A stretch of DNA of 64,000 nt from a virus. Made by a program: the position numbers and the translations under genes. The stretch is taken from the IMG/VR virus record IMGVR_UViG_3300024319_000003, positions 32,001 through 96,000 of that record. One strand, 5' to 3'. Shown piece by piece: positions 54,408-64,000 of this stretch. The notes below the pieces were generated by a model. That model saw only the letters and a list, made by a program, of their open reading frames with translations. It ran no database searches and was not told where the DNA came from. The number at the start of each line of letters is the position of its first letter. Within the stretch, counting starts at the first letter, position 1.

Positions 54408-56297
54408 ATGGCTGATACTTCTCTATTTGGGAGATTAAGAACTCTCTTCTCCTCGGACGTAATAATAAGAAATGTAGGTGGCGACCAGCTTAAGGTTGCT
54501 GATATAAACAAGATTCAAACAACAGGAAATTTTGAAACAAACTCACTAGTTGATAGATTTAGTAGGTTGCACATATATAACAATAAAAATATATACAATC
54601 CAAATCTAAATTACCAGACTCTAAGAGTACAGTTATACTCTGATTACGAAGCAATGGATACTGATCCTATAATTGCATCAGCGTTAGATATTTTAGCAGA
54701 TGAAGCAACACTTAAAAGCGATCAAGGAGAAGTTCTATCAATTAAATCATCAGATGAAAATCTACAAAGAGTTCTTTATAATCTATTCTACGATGTACTA
54801 AATATAGAATTTAACTTATGGTCATGGACTAGAAACATGTGTAAATATGGAGACTTTTTCCTAAAACTAGAAGTTGCTGAAACATTTGGAGTATACAACG
54901 TCCTTCCTTATACAGTCTATAATATGGCAAGATACGAAGGATTGGATCCGGAAGACCCAGGAAAAGTTCAATTCGCAATAGACCCAGACGGTATTATGGC
55001 TTCAAATGAACCTACATACGTTCCTAAAAGAGACAGTAATGCGATAGTATTAGACAATTATGAAGTAGCTCACTTTAGGTTACTATCAGATACTAACTAC
55101 CTTCCTTATGGTAGATCATACATCGAACCAGCTAGAAAAATATTTAAACAACTTACATTAATGGAAGATGCGATGTTAATACATCGTATAATGAGAGCAC
55201 CAGAAAAGAGAACTTTCTTTGTAAACGTAGGTTCTATACCTCCTGCAGAAGTTGATCAGTTTATGCAAAAGACTATCAACACAATGAAGAAAACACCTTA
55301 TGTTGACCCTAAAACAGGTCAGTATAATTTAAAGTTCAATATGCAGAATATGATGGAAGACTTCTACGTTCCTGTAAGGGGAGGGGATGCTTCTACTAGA
55401 ATAGAAACAACTAAAGGACTGGATTATGATGGAACAAACGATATAGACTACTTACAGTCTAAAATGTTCGCCGCTCTTAAGGTACCTAAAGCATATTTTG
55501 GATATGAAGGGGATTTACAAGGAAAAGCTACTTTAGCAGCAGAAGATATAAGATTTGCTCGGACTGTAGAAAGAATACAGAGAATATTAGAATCTGAATT
55601 AACTAAGATTGCGTTAGTACATTTATATACACAAGGATTTACTGGAGAAAGTTTAACAAACTTTGAAATATCTTTAACTAATCCGTCTATTATATTTGAA
55701 CAAGAAAAAGTAGCACTGCTTAAAGAGAAGGTTGATTTAGCTAATCAAATGAAAGACTCTAAACTATTTTCAACAGATTATATATACGATAGTATATTTA
55801 ACCTATCAGAAGATAAGTACAACGAAATGAGAGATCTAGTAAGAGAAGACTCTAAACGAATCTTTAGATTAGGTCAATTAGAAGCAGAAGGAAACGATCC
55901 AGCTAAATCTGGACGTTCTTACGGTACTCCTCATGACTTAGCATCTATGTACGGTAGAAGAGCAACATCAACAGAAAAAGGAAACGGCCCAGGAGAAGTA
56001 CCTCCAGGGTATAGCGAAATAGGACCTGAAGGAGGAAGACCAAGAGAAAAAATGTCCGTTTACGGAACTAATAATGACCCATTAGGAGGTAGAGACAGAT
56101 TAGGAGTACATGGAATGCATGGAGGGTATGACTCAGATAATGAAAACGTAATGGAATCTAACAACCTTCTTACACAGAAAGTATACCATCAAATAAAAGA
56201 TTCATTTAAACAAGATAAAGAAATGGTATATGAAACAAAAAATAAAGATGAGTCTAAACTATTAGACGAGAATCAACTTAAAGATTTAGATAACTAG
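54408..56297 (+). CDS. portal protein (gp20-like)
   Basis: LMEDAMLIHRIMRAPEKRTF, EDFYVPVRG, ALKVPK, EDIRFARTVERIQ. Confidence 0.95.
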   Translation: MADTSLFGRLRTLFSSDVIIRNVGGDQLKVADINKIQTTGNFETNSLVDRFSRLHIYNNKNIYNPNLNYQTLRVQLYSDYEAMDTDPIIASALDILADEATLKSDQGEVLSIKSSDENLQRVLYNLFYDVLNIEFNLWSWTRNMCKYGDFFLKLEVAETFGVYNVLPYTVYNMARYEGLDPEDPGKVQFAIDPDGIMASNEPTYVPKRDSNAIVLDNYEVAHFRLLSDTNYLPYGRSYIEPARKIFKQLTLMEDAMLIHRIMRAPEKRTFFVNVGSIPPAEVDQFMQKTINTMKKTPYVDPKTGQYNLKFNMQNMMEDFYVPVRGGDASTRIETTKGLDYDGTNDIDYLQSKMFAALKVPKAYFGYEGDLQGKATLAAEDIRFARTVERIQRILESELTKIALVHLYTQGFTGESLTNFEISLTNPSIIFEQEKVALLKEKVDLANQMKDSKLFSTDYIYDSIFNLSEDKYNEMRDLVREDSKRIFRLGQLEAEGNDPAKSGRSYGTPHDLASMYGRRATSTEKGNGPGEVPPGYSEIGPEGGRPREKMSVYGTNNDPLGGRDRLGVHGMHGGYDSDNENVMESNNLLTQKVYHQIKDSFKQDKEMVYETKNKDESKLLDENQLKDLDN

Positions 56298-56301
56298 CCC
56301 A

Positions 56302-56309
56302 TATTTATA
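56302..56309 (+). promoter_or_regulatory. putative late promoter
   Basis: Intergenic TATTTATA. Confidence 0.65.
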
Positions 56310-56326
56310 TATAGGAACCGTACATT

Positions 56327-57181
56327 ATGAAGATAAAACATTCAAAGTTTAAAAATACCGGCCTGATTTACGAACTATTAGTAAAGCAGATAGCAGCAGA
56401 CACTTTGTCAAAAAGTGAATCACCAGCTTTAGGTATACTCAAAGAGTTTTTTGCAGGTAGCTCTACACTAGCCAAAGAATTGAAACTTTATGAGTATATA
56501 CTTAAAAATACTAATTTAGTTGAAGTAAAAGCTGAAACAGTTTTATCAACTATCACTGAAATTTCTAGAAAGCTAAATCAAAAGGCACTAAAAGAACAGA
56601 AGTATAGATTAATCTCAGAAGTTAAGAAACATTATAATATTGAAGAGTTCTTCGGTATACAAGTTAGAGATTATAAAGCACTAGCAGCTATGTACTGTTT
56701 ATTAGAAGCACAAAATTCTAGCACATTAGTTGCACCAGAATTTTTAATTAATAATAAACTTACTATTCTAGAGCACCTAACTTCTTCTAAAGTAGATAAA
56801 GATGCAGTAAAAGATACACTTATTGAAGAGTATGCTAAATACGATAAGGATTTAAGACTACTTACATATAAAATTCTTTTAGAGAAATTTAATTCCAACT
56901 ATAAAGATTTACTACCAGAACAGAAATACATACTTAAAGAGTTTATAACCTCAGTTGACTCAACTACTAGACTTAGAAACATAGTTAATGAAGAGATAGT
57001 AAAAATTAAAGAGCTTATTAGTGAACTATCTTCTAAAGTAAAGGACGAAGTAGTAAGGATAAAATTAGAGGAAGTAGTTAAATCAATAAAGACTTTAACT
57101 AAGACAGAAAAAATTACAGATAACCACCTTGTTAATCTTATGCAATATTATGATTTGGTAAATGAGATGAAATCAGTATGA
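56327..57181 (+). CDS. conserved head-module hypothetical protein
   Basis: KIKHSKFKNTGLIYELL; between portal and protease. Confidence 0.7.
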   Translation: MKIKHSKFKNTGLIYELLVKQIAADTLSKSESPALGILKEFFAGSSTLAKELKLYEYILKNTNLVEVKAETVLSTITEISRKLNQKALKEQKYRLISEVKKHYNIEEFFGIQVRDYKALAAMYCLLEAQNSSTLVAPEFLINNKLTILEHLTSSKVDKDAVKDTLIEEYAKYDKDLRLLTYKILLEKFNSNYKDLLPEQKYILKEFITSVDSTTRLRNIVNEEIVKIKELISELSSKVKDEVVRIKLEEVVKSIKTLTKTEKITDNHLVNLMQYYDLVNEMKSV

Positions 57182-57408
57182 AAAAAAGCACAATAAGAAA
57201 AGCTATAAAAGAAGTAATAGAAGAACTTAGCACCTCAGCAGCAGTAGGAGGGTATCAAACTCCATTTGCCTTTAGTAAAAAGAAAGGTGATAATAGAGCA
57301 ACAAAGCAAGCTGAAAAGCTAGGTTTTAAAAAAGTTAAAAATAAAAAAAGACCTTATAACACTAAAATGTTTGATTACTTAGATGAAAACAATACAAGAA
57401 AAATATAA
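57178..57408 (+). CDS. small head-module protein
   Basis: IKEVIEE then STSAAVGGYQTPFAF. Confidence 0.65.
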   Translation: MKKSTIRKAIKEVIEELSTSAAVGGYQTPFAFSKKKGDNRATKQAEKLGFKKVKNKKRPYNTKMFDYLDENNTRKI

Positions 57409-59836
57409 CGCAGTTGTAGAGGGTACATTCTCTAAACAACAATTCCTTAAAGATGCTAAGAGAGAGCTATCTCAATTCCTATCTCCCTTTAACGGATTCC
57501 CAGACACAGTATCAATCCTTAAAAGTAAAGGGATTCTTTTTGAAGCTAAAAAAGAAGCTTCATTAGAGTACGAATGCCCAGTATCTCAATACTCGGTAGA
57601 GGACCTAACAAGAGGGGTAGACTTTGAATTAGAAAAAGCTGGAGTAGATTCGGCTGCTACTGTAACCAAAGAGGATAAAGATAAAGCAGAGAAAATTGCA
57701 ATCAAAAACCTTGAAAAAGATAGAATGCACTACCTTAACATACTAGCAGGAGAATCAGCAAAAGTTGATAAGCACGATAAAATGGTAGAACCAACTGATA
57801 AGAATAAAGTAGATACTTTTAACGGCATGAAAAAAGCTGATTTAAAAGAAAACTATACCAAAGAAAAGTTACTGAAAAAATTAGGTGACGCAGACGATGC
57901 TCGTATTCAAACCGGTAACGGAAAAGAATATATAATTTATAATCCTAATTCTAATAATGATGATAATGCTGCAATGTGGCATGACGATACTGTATTTGCT
58001 GTTGACCTAGATGGACAAGAAGAAGAAATAGATTATAGAGATATAGGATTAGTAATGGTAGAAGATATCAAAGAAAGTAATCAAGAAGAATCTATTGCAA
58101 ATTTTATTATAAAGTACTACTCTAACCCCAACACAGGAAAAAGTCTAATAGATGATGATATTATAGGTGACTTTTTCGCAACACACCCTGAATCAAGAGA
58201 TCAAGAACCTCAAGATGCATTAGATAATTTTCAAGAGTTCTTATCAGTAAATTACGAAATGCCTGGGGACTACATGCAAGAAGCAGAAGATTTAACACTA
58301 GAGCCTGAAGATACTGACAATCCAGATGAAACTTTAATAGCTATAGGTAGAGGATATTTAGAGGGTTTTAATAGACCTCATTCTCTAACTAACGGCGATT
58401 TAGAAATTTTAGGGAAAAAAGTAGTAGATAACCTATATAAAGGAGATCTTGAAGCAGCCAAAACACAATTTGTAGCAGAAGCTATGACTGATGATGAAAT
58501 GAAAAAGATTGCTAAGTACGGTAAAGATACAGATATGAAAGCAATTGATAAAATTTATAAATTAGGAGACAAATTTTCAACAGACTTTGACTACGACGGA
58601 ATGCTAAAAGCAGGGCTTAAACTTAAAATAAGTACTCCTTTAGATAAAATGCAAAAACTTTATGACTCTTTTGAAGATGTAAATTACCATAGAGAAAACG
58701 GACATTTAGGTAATGCTATAGACTACATACAAGATGGAGATAAAAAAGGAGCTTTAGATCACTTAAAGATGTTTAGACAAGCAGTACGTAAAACTTTAGG
58801 AGAAATGGACGAAGGAGCTGATAAGGTAAGAAAAGTAGTAGCAGAGGATAGTGATATACAGGAAAGTCGAGGAGCATTTGATTTATGCGTTCAAGGAATT
58901 CAAGATATCGCCACAGATGGAGATGTTAGCGAGAAAGATGCTGCTATGGAAATGATGATAGCAATTGCTGATAAGTATGATTTTAATCTAGCAGGATTAG
59001 AGTCTCAACTGTTCCATGGAGATGATTCAATTAACGAAGGTAGAAGAAGAAAGACTAAAGGAGGTAAAGTAGTAACTGAAAACGACTACGAAACTGGAGG
59101 ATATGTTGAGAGTATGGGACCTTTATTTGATAAAGGAGTTAATATGCTAATCAAGGCTTGGGAAGAATGGAAAATGGGTCCAATGACAGAACCAGGAATG
59201 GTAGAGTTTGCTAAAAAAGATGTATTGACATACCTAGAAACTCAATTTATGGTAGAAAATCTTGAAGAAGCTAAAGGTAAAGATCACGATGGAGATGGAG
59301 ATGTAGATGGAGATGATTATATGGCTAGTAAAGATGCTGCTATTAAAAAAGCAATGGGCAAGGAGAAGGTAGTTAAAGAAAATATTAAATCTATAATTGT
59401 TAAGGTATTAGAAGAAGGGGTAGTAAATGAAGCTGCAACAAATGCATTAGCAGATTTCTCTGAAACATACGGAGGATATGAAGGAATGAAACAATCAATT
59501 ATAAATCTTCAAGATGTTGTAACAGATATTGAAGCATACTACGATAAAACAAGAAGTAAGATTCAGAAAGTATATGACACTTTAGGTGATATTAGGAATG
59601 AAGAAGGTCTAAAAGTAGGAGGATTTTTAGCTCCTGCAATAGAGCAAGCATTTAATAAGGACTTAAGACCAGCAATTAAAGGTGGATTCACAAAAGGACT
59701 AACACAACCTAAAGTAAAAATGATATCACAGAAAGATATTGAAACACAAAATCCTCTAGGAGAAGTAGAAAAAGAAACGGTATACTCAAGACCTACAGTT
59801 AATGGAACTTTACAAGAAAATAAAAAAAGAAAATAA
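57383..59836 (+). CDS. mosaic polyprotein, putative prohead core/internal protein
   Basis: About 10 blocks bounded by [ILVM]xE; DHDGDGDVDGDD Ca-binding-like loop. Confidence 0.6.
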   Translation: MKTIQEKYNAVVEGTFSKQQFLKDAKRELSQFLSPFNGFPDTVSILKSKGILFEAKKEASLEYECPVSQYSVEDLTRGVDFELEKAGVDSAATVTKEDKDKAEKIAIKNLEKDRMHYLNILAGESAKVDKHDKMVEPTDKNKVDTFNGMKKADLKENYTKEKLLKKLGDADDARIQTGNGKEYIIYNPNSNNDDNAAMWHDDTVFAVDLDGQEEEIDYRDIGLVMVEDIKESNQEESIANFIIKYYSNPNTGKSLIDDDIIGDFFATHPESRDQEPQDALDNFQEFLSVNYEMPGDYMQEAEDLTLEPEDTDNPDETLIAIGRGYLEGFNRPHSLTNGDLEILGKKVVDNLYKGDLEAAKTQFVAEAMTDDEMKKIAKYGKDTDMKAIDKIYKLGDKFSTDFDYDGMLKAGLKLKISTPLDKMQKLYDSFEDVNYHRENGHLGNAIDYIQDGDKKGALDHLKMFRQAVRKTLGEMDEGADKVRKVVAEDSDIQESRGAFDLCVQGIQDIATDGDVSEKDAAMEMMIAIADKYDFNLAGLESQLFHGDDSINEGRRRKTKGGKVVTENDYETGGYVESMGPLFDKGVNMLIKAWEEWKMGPMTEPGMVEFAKKDVLTYLETQFMVENLEEAKGKDHDGDGDVDGDDYMASKDAAIKKAMGKEKVVKENIKSIIVKVLEEGVVNEAATNALADFSETYGGYEGMKQSIINLQDVVTDIEAYYDKTRSKIQKVYDTLGDIRNEEGLKVGGFLAPAIEQAFNKDLRPAIKGGFTKGLTQPKVKMISQKDIETQNPLGEVEKETVYSRPTVNGTLQENKKRK

Positions 59837-60462
59837 TGAAAGATAACTTTGACATATATAGTTGGAATCAAAAAAGACGTTTAACAGAAGCACGCAAGCT
59901 AGAAGAAGCACAAGCAGTTAACCTTCCTACAATACCCGACTCAGTACTTAATAACTTTGCAAACCAGATAAAAAACCCACAAACAATGGCATCTGCAGTC
60001 ATTGCTCTGGTAAATAAGTTAGCGGAAAAAGAAAACGAAAATATTCTTAAAAATCCTAAAATAGCAAGAGCAATTGACTTACTAAAAGATATTGATCCTG
60101 CAGATGGAGAAGTTGAAGAAGCTTTAAAAATGACAGCATCAACAGAAACTCTTAGAAAAATAATATTTAAATTATTAGATGACGGACAGATCCAACCAGA
60201 AACAGCTGATGATATACTAAATGCTATTTCAAACTCACCATCAGATAATATATATGAAGCTAGAGTTGATAGAGAAGTAGCGGAACGTATCGAAGGTTTA
60301 TTAAACCAACAATTAAAAGCTAAATTCTTAAACTATTTTCAAGAACTTTACACTGATTTAGTACAGGACGATTTATTTTACGCAGAAGATGTTGTTAACC
60401 ATTTAAATAACGAGATGCATAAAATCATAAAAGTAGCATCTAAAGATGATTTAAATCTTTAA
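59836..60462 (+). CDS. three-module head-internal protein
   Basis: LTE/LEE, VEE, IYE boundaries. Confidence 0.55.
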   Translation: MKDNFDIYSWNQKRRLTEARKLEEAQAVNLPTIPDSVLNNFANQIKNPQTMASAVIALVNKLAEKENENILKNPKIARAIDLLKDIDPADGEVEEALKMTASTETLRKIIFKLLDDGQIQPETADDILNAISNSPSDNIYEARVDREVAERIEGLLNQQLKAKFLNYFQELYTDLVQDDLFYAEDVVNHLNNEMHKIIKVASKDDLNL

Positions 60463-60482
60463 TCTGAAAAAACAAAAATAAC

Positions 60483-61061
60483 ATGGCACAATTACTTATA
60501 GAAGTTACATCATTTAATCCTATTCTAAGAGAATCCAAAGAAAGACCTGGAGTATACGAAGTAGAAGGAGTTATGCAAAGAGCAACTGCAAAGAATCAAA
60601 ATGGTAGAACTTATAGTAAAGCTATTTTAGAAAGAGAAACTAAGAAGTATATCTCTGAATTTGTTTCAAACGGTAATGCATTTGGAGAATTAGATCACCC
60701 TGAGTCTCCCATTGTCTCTCTAAAGAACGCTTCACACATAGTAAAAGACTTATGGTGGAAGGGAAACGACCTTATGGGACGTGTGGAACTACTAAATACA
60801 CCTTCAGGTAATATTGTAAAAGAAATAATTAAAGCAGGACACACTATAGGGATATCATCTAGAGGAACAGGCTCAGTACAACAAACAAATGAAGGAGCAT
60901 TAGAAGTGCAAGATGATTTTGAATTGGTATGTTGGGATTTTGTATCTAATCCTTCTACTCATGGAGCATTTATGAATCCTATTTCACTTAATGAAGGAAA
61001 AGGTAAGGCATCTAAGTTTATTAAGCTGGATGCAATCTTAAACGATATACTAAGAGCTTAA
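60483..61061 (+). CDS. prohead protease (gp21-like)
   Basis: KNQNGRTY, FGELDHP, SHIV, LNTPSG, GISSRGTGS, WDFVSNPS. Confidence 0.95.
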   Translation: MAQLLIEVTSFNPILRESKERPGVYEVEGVMQRATAKNQNGRTYSKAILERETKKYISEFVSNGNAFGELDHPESPIVSLKNASHIVKDLWWKGNDLMGRVELLNTPSGNIVKEIIKAGHTIGISSRGTGSVQQTNEGALEVQDDFELVCWDFVSNPSTHGAFMNPISLNEGKGKASKFIKLDAILNDILRA

Positions 61062-61606
61062 TGAAGTTAGCAAGTATTATTCTAGAAGCAGAAGGTAATG
61101 CTGAACCAGGAATGGGGCAAATGGCAGACCAAATAGCAAAAGCAATAGAAAAAGAGCTAAGACCGCATAAAGGTGAATTAGACGGAGATACAAACGAAGT
61201 CGCTGGAGTAGTAGGTATAATAGGATATATACTTCTATCTAACACAGTAGCACATATGCTTGCTAAGATTGCTAAATCGCTATCTAAGAAATATAATAAA
61301 CCCGGAATACTCAAAAGTGCTGAATGGTGGGAAGACTTCACACATAAGAACGAAGCAGCGTTTATGGCACCTATCAAACGTATAGTGGGCATGTTTACTA
61401 AAGATGAAAAGAAGAAATCAGCAGCAACTAAAATAGTATACGGTATCTTAATTTTCTTAATGGCAGGTCAAGCAGGAGGAGGAGCTCTACAAGCTCTTAA
61501 AACTACTAGATGGGCAGCAGCAGCAGGTCTTTCCGCAAAAGCATTAATTAAAGGCGTGGAAGTAACCTCTCTACTTAAACAGGCAGCATCAGATCTAGTA
61601 TCTTAA
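61061..61606 (+). CDS. hydrophobic protein with cargo-type leader
   Basis: MKLASIILE; two hydrophobic segments. Confidence 0.6.
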   Translation: MKLASIILEAEGNAEPGMGQMADQIAKAIEKELRPHKGELDGDTNEVAGVVGIIGYILLSNTVAHMLAKIAKSLSKKYNKPGILKSAEWWEDFTHKNEAAFMAPIKRIVGMFTKDEKKKSAATKIVYGILIFLMAGQAGGGALQALKTTRWAAAAGLSAKALIKGVEVTSLLKQAASDLVS

Positions 61607-61649
61607 TGTAACGATAATTCCTCGGACGCTACCGACGAGCAGGAAAGTT

Positions 61650-61680
61650 AACCATCTTTTTTAGGTGGTTTTCTTGTTTT
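61650..61680 (+). terminator. intrinsic terminator
   Basis: AACCATCT-loop-AGGTGGTT followed by TTCTTGTTTT. Confidence 0.65.
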
Positions 61681-61694
61681 ATGAAAAAAGTATA

Positions 61695-61702
61695 TATTTA
61701 TA
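61695..61702 (+). promoter_or_regulatory. putative late promoter of scaffold-capsid operon
   Basis: TATTTATA just after the terminator. Confidence 0.7.
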
Positions 61703-61789
61703 TAGGAATATGCAGTTCCTTATACTGCATTAACTTTTTATAATTTCCTATTACGATTTAAATAATCGTAGAAATCCAAAAAATTTATT

Positions 61790-62824
61790 ATGGCAAACAA
61801 AGATTTATTCAAGCAAGCTATTGCTGAAGCAAAATCTATTAGAGAAGCCGCAATAACCAACGCTAAAGAAGCTTTAGAAGAGACTTTAACTCCTCACCTA
61901 AAAGATATGTTAGCTGCTAAACTACAAGAGATGGAAGATTCTACTGTAGAAGAAGTGGTTACCGAATCTGAAGATGTAGAAGAAGAAGTAGCAGAAGCTC
62001 AAGGTAATGTAGATGCTCATGATGAGAATCCACACGATCAACTTGAGGAAGTAGAAGAAGACGTTGCAGAAGGCGACTACAAAAAAATGGAAGAAGCTGA
62101 AGAAGAAGCTGACGATGCTGAGGATGATTCAGAAGAATCTGAAGACGACGCAATCGAAGACGAAGAAGAGGTAGAAGTTAAAGACATGGAAGTCGATGAC
62201 TTAAAAAATCTTATTCGTGACATTATTTCTCAAGAAATGGGAGATGGTGCAGAAGAATTAGACAATGCTGACATGGACGCTGGAGAAGAGATGGATGACA
62301 TCGCTGCTGCAGGATCTGAAGAAGAAATTGATCTAGATGAATTATTAGCAGAACTAGAAGCTACTAATGAAGAAACACTAGAAGAAGAAGAAGTAGAAGA
62401 AGCACACTGTAACACTCCTCACGAGGAAGGTGTAGAAGAAGAAGTTAACGAAGATGACTCTGAGTTAAACGAAGCTTTATCGACTATTGGAACTTTACAA
62501 AGTCAACTTCAAGAAGTAAACCTTCTTAATGCTAAGTTAATGTATGTGAATAAAGTGTTTAAGGCAAATAACCTTAACGAATCACAGAAAGTTAACATAA
62601 TCGCTGCTTTCGACAAAGCCGAAACAGTAAAAGAAGTTAAATTAGTATTTGAAACTGTTTCTGATAGTATTGTAGTTAAAAAACCATCTACTACTATTAA
62701 AGAATCAAAATTAGGTATGGCAAGTAAAGCTACTGGAACTACTGCAAGTAAGCCAGAAGTTATTAGCGAAGTATCTGATGCAGTTAGAAGAATGCAAAAG
62801 TTAGCAGGTATTATAACAAACTAA
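61790..62824 (+). CDS. prohead scaffolding protein (gp22-like)
   Basis: Acidic coiled coil between protease and capsid; many LxE sites; ends RMQKLAGI. Confidence 0.85.
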   Translation: MANKDLFKQAIAEAKSIREAAITNAKEALEETLTPHLKDMLAAKLQEMEDSTVEEVVTESEDVEEEVAEAQGNVDAHDENPHDQLEEVEEDVAEGDYKKMEEAEEEADDAEDDSEESEDDAIEDEEEVEVKDMEVDDLKNLIRDIISQEMGDGAEELDNADMDAGEEMDDIAAAGSEEEIDLDELLAELEATNEETLEEEEVEEAHCNTPHEEGVEEEVNEDDSELNEALSTIGTLQSQLQEVNLLNAKLMYVNKVFKANNLNESQKVNIIAAFDKAETVKEVKLVFETVSDSIVVKKPSTTIKESKLGMASKATGTTASKPEVISEVSDAVRRMQKLAGIITN

Positions 62825-62859
62825 TTATTTAAAAATTAAAATTAAAAAAACAAACAATC

Positions 62860-64000
62860 ATGGAAATTAATTCTCTTTTAGAAAGCGCTAACGGATACAA
62901 AGCACTCGCTGCTGATGCATCACGTTTAGCTGACAAATGGGCTGCTTCTGGATTGCTAGAAGGATTGAACTCTAAAGATTCGGCAAACATGTCGATGATG
63001 TTAGAAAATCAAGCTAAGCAAATCGTAGCAGAACAATCATCTACAGGTACAGGTGCAATCGGTGCAACTGCTTCAGGTAATGAGCAGTGGGCTGGAGTAG
63101 CTTTACCTTTAGTACGTAAGGTATTCGCTCAAATCTCTGCAAAAGACTTTGTATCAGTTCAACCAATGAACTTACCTTCAGGTCTAGTATTTTACTTAGA
63201 CTTTAAATACGGTTCTGCTGATTCAATCGGTAGAGCAGACGGCGACAACATGCACGGTAACGTGACTGAAGCTGGAACAAAAATGGCAAAAGATGTTGAT
63301 GCTGCAGACGGACTTTACGGAGCAGGTCAATTCGGATACTCTATTAAAGCGTTAACTGGAGCAGCAGACGCTCAAGTAACTGGTTCAGCTACTGAAGCAC
63401 TTATCGATTACGATGATGCTAAAGATCCAGCGAACTACAGAAAAGTAACAGTTGCAGCAGCAACTATACCAGGATTTGACGCAGAAGGTGTAAGAGCATT
63501 TAGACTTTTATCTTCTTCAGTAGATATTACACTTAACCCAGAACTTACTAAGTTTGACGGAACAGATGTAACATTCGTAGTAGAAGATGCACCAGCTGGA
63601 AAAACTTTAGTTTCTCCATTCTCTGCATCAGTTAACTATCACGCACAACCAGCAGACAATTCAAGAGGTGACTTTGAAGATTCATCAGCACCTGCAGCAG
63701 GAGCAGTTTCTTCATTAGCTATTCCAGAAATCAACGTAGAGTTGAAATCTGAAGCAGTAGTTGCTAAAACTAGAAAATTGAAAGCACAATGGACTCCAGA
63801 GTTTGCTCAGGATCTTAATGCTTATCATTCAATTGACGCTGAGGCAGAACTTACTTCTTTATTGAGTGAGTACATCTCAATGGAAATTGATCTAGAGATC
63901 TTAGACATGTTGATCAGTGGTGCAGCTACTACTGAAAGATGGTCTGCACAAAACAACAGAGTATGGAACGGTACTGCTTGGGCAGATGCTGGATCAGACT
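62860..64000 (+). CDS. major capsid protein (gp23-like), 3' partial, not in track
   Basis: MEINSLLES..., LPLVRKVF, VSVQPMNLPSGLVF, AKTRKLKAQWTPEFAQDLNAYH, EIDLEIL. Confidence 0.95.
   Translation, partial: MEINSLLESANGYKALAADASRLADKWAASGLLEGLNSKDSANMSMMLENQAKQIVAEQSSTGTGAIGATASGNEQWAGVALPLVRKVFAQISAKDFVSVQPMNLPSGLVFYLDFKYGSADSIGRADGDNMHGNVTEAGTKMAKDVDAADGLYGAGQFGYSIKALTGAADAQVTGSATEALIDYDDAKDPANYRKVTVAAATIPGFDAEGVRAFRLLSSSVDITLNPELTKFDGTDVTFVVEDAPAGKTLVSPFSASVNYHAQPADNSRGDFEDSSAPAAGAVSSLAIPEINVELKSEAVVAKTRKLKAQWTPEFAQDLNAYHSIDAEAELTSLLSEYISMEIDLEILDMLISGAATTERWSAQNNRVWNGTAWADAGSD

Noticed and set aside
15812-62415. Minus-strand and nested ORFs in the track (e.g. 15812, 22662, 30532, 39086, 43079, 50612, 51462, 61021)
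   Set aside because: Shadows of well-supported + strand genes, with biased composition and no promoter or motif support
61940-62470. GAAGAA-rich repeats
   Set aside because: Acidic low-complexity linker typical of scaffolding proteins
1-64000. Stop-codon reassignment
   Set aside because: Long conserved genes are intact in the standard code; TAA, TAG and TGA all end genes at sensible junctions; no suppressor tRNA

Overview
AT-rich segment of a large T4-like (contractile-tailed) dsDNA phage genome. The host is most likely a Bacteroidota/Flavobacteriales member, based on a TTG-N20-TAnnTTWA promoter, Bacteroidota-type bS21 and SD-less starts. Bases 1-15.5 kb are an early/host-takeover region of small genes, many behind copies of one promoter+leader cassette. 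This region includes DUF932, an esterase, a RadA-like ATPase, a zincin, an acyl-CoA thioesterase, MazG, an HD hydrolase, tRNA-Arg(TCT), tRNA-CAT (probably Ile2), a structured RNA candidate, GC-rich structured repeats and a minus-strand operon with ribosomal protein bS21. Bases 15.5-35.5 kb hold a gp55-like late sigma factor and the baseplate/tail-fibre module, which includes a 1925-aa protein ending in a Hint domain. Bases 35.5-52.8 kb hold an endonuclease, primase, exonuclease and nucleotidase interleaved with many putative head-internal proteins. Bases 52.8-64 kb hold TerL, portal, prohead protease, scaffold and a partial major capsid gene. The most notable signal is about 17 genes sharing a short N-terminal leader ending in [ILV]-x-E. 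Several are mosaic polyproteins whose modules are separated by the same gp21-type protease motif, suggesting a capsid-packaged, protease-released effector cargo (kinase, P-loop kinase, nucleotidyltransferase, nuclease-like and Fe-S-like domains). All assignments come from motif recognition by eye; no database searches were run.
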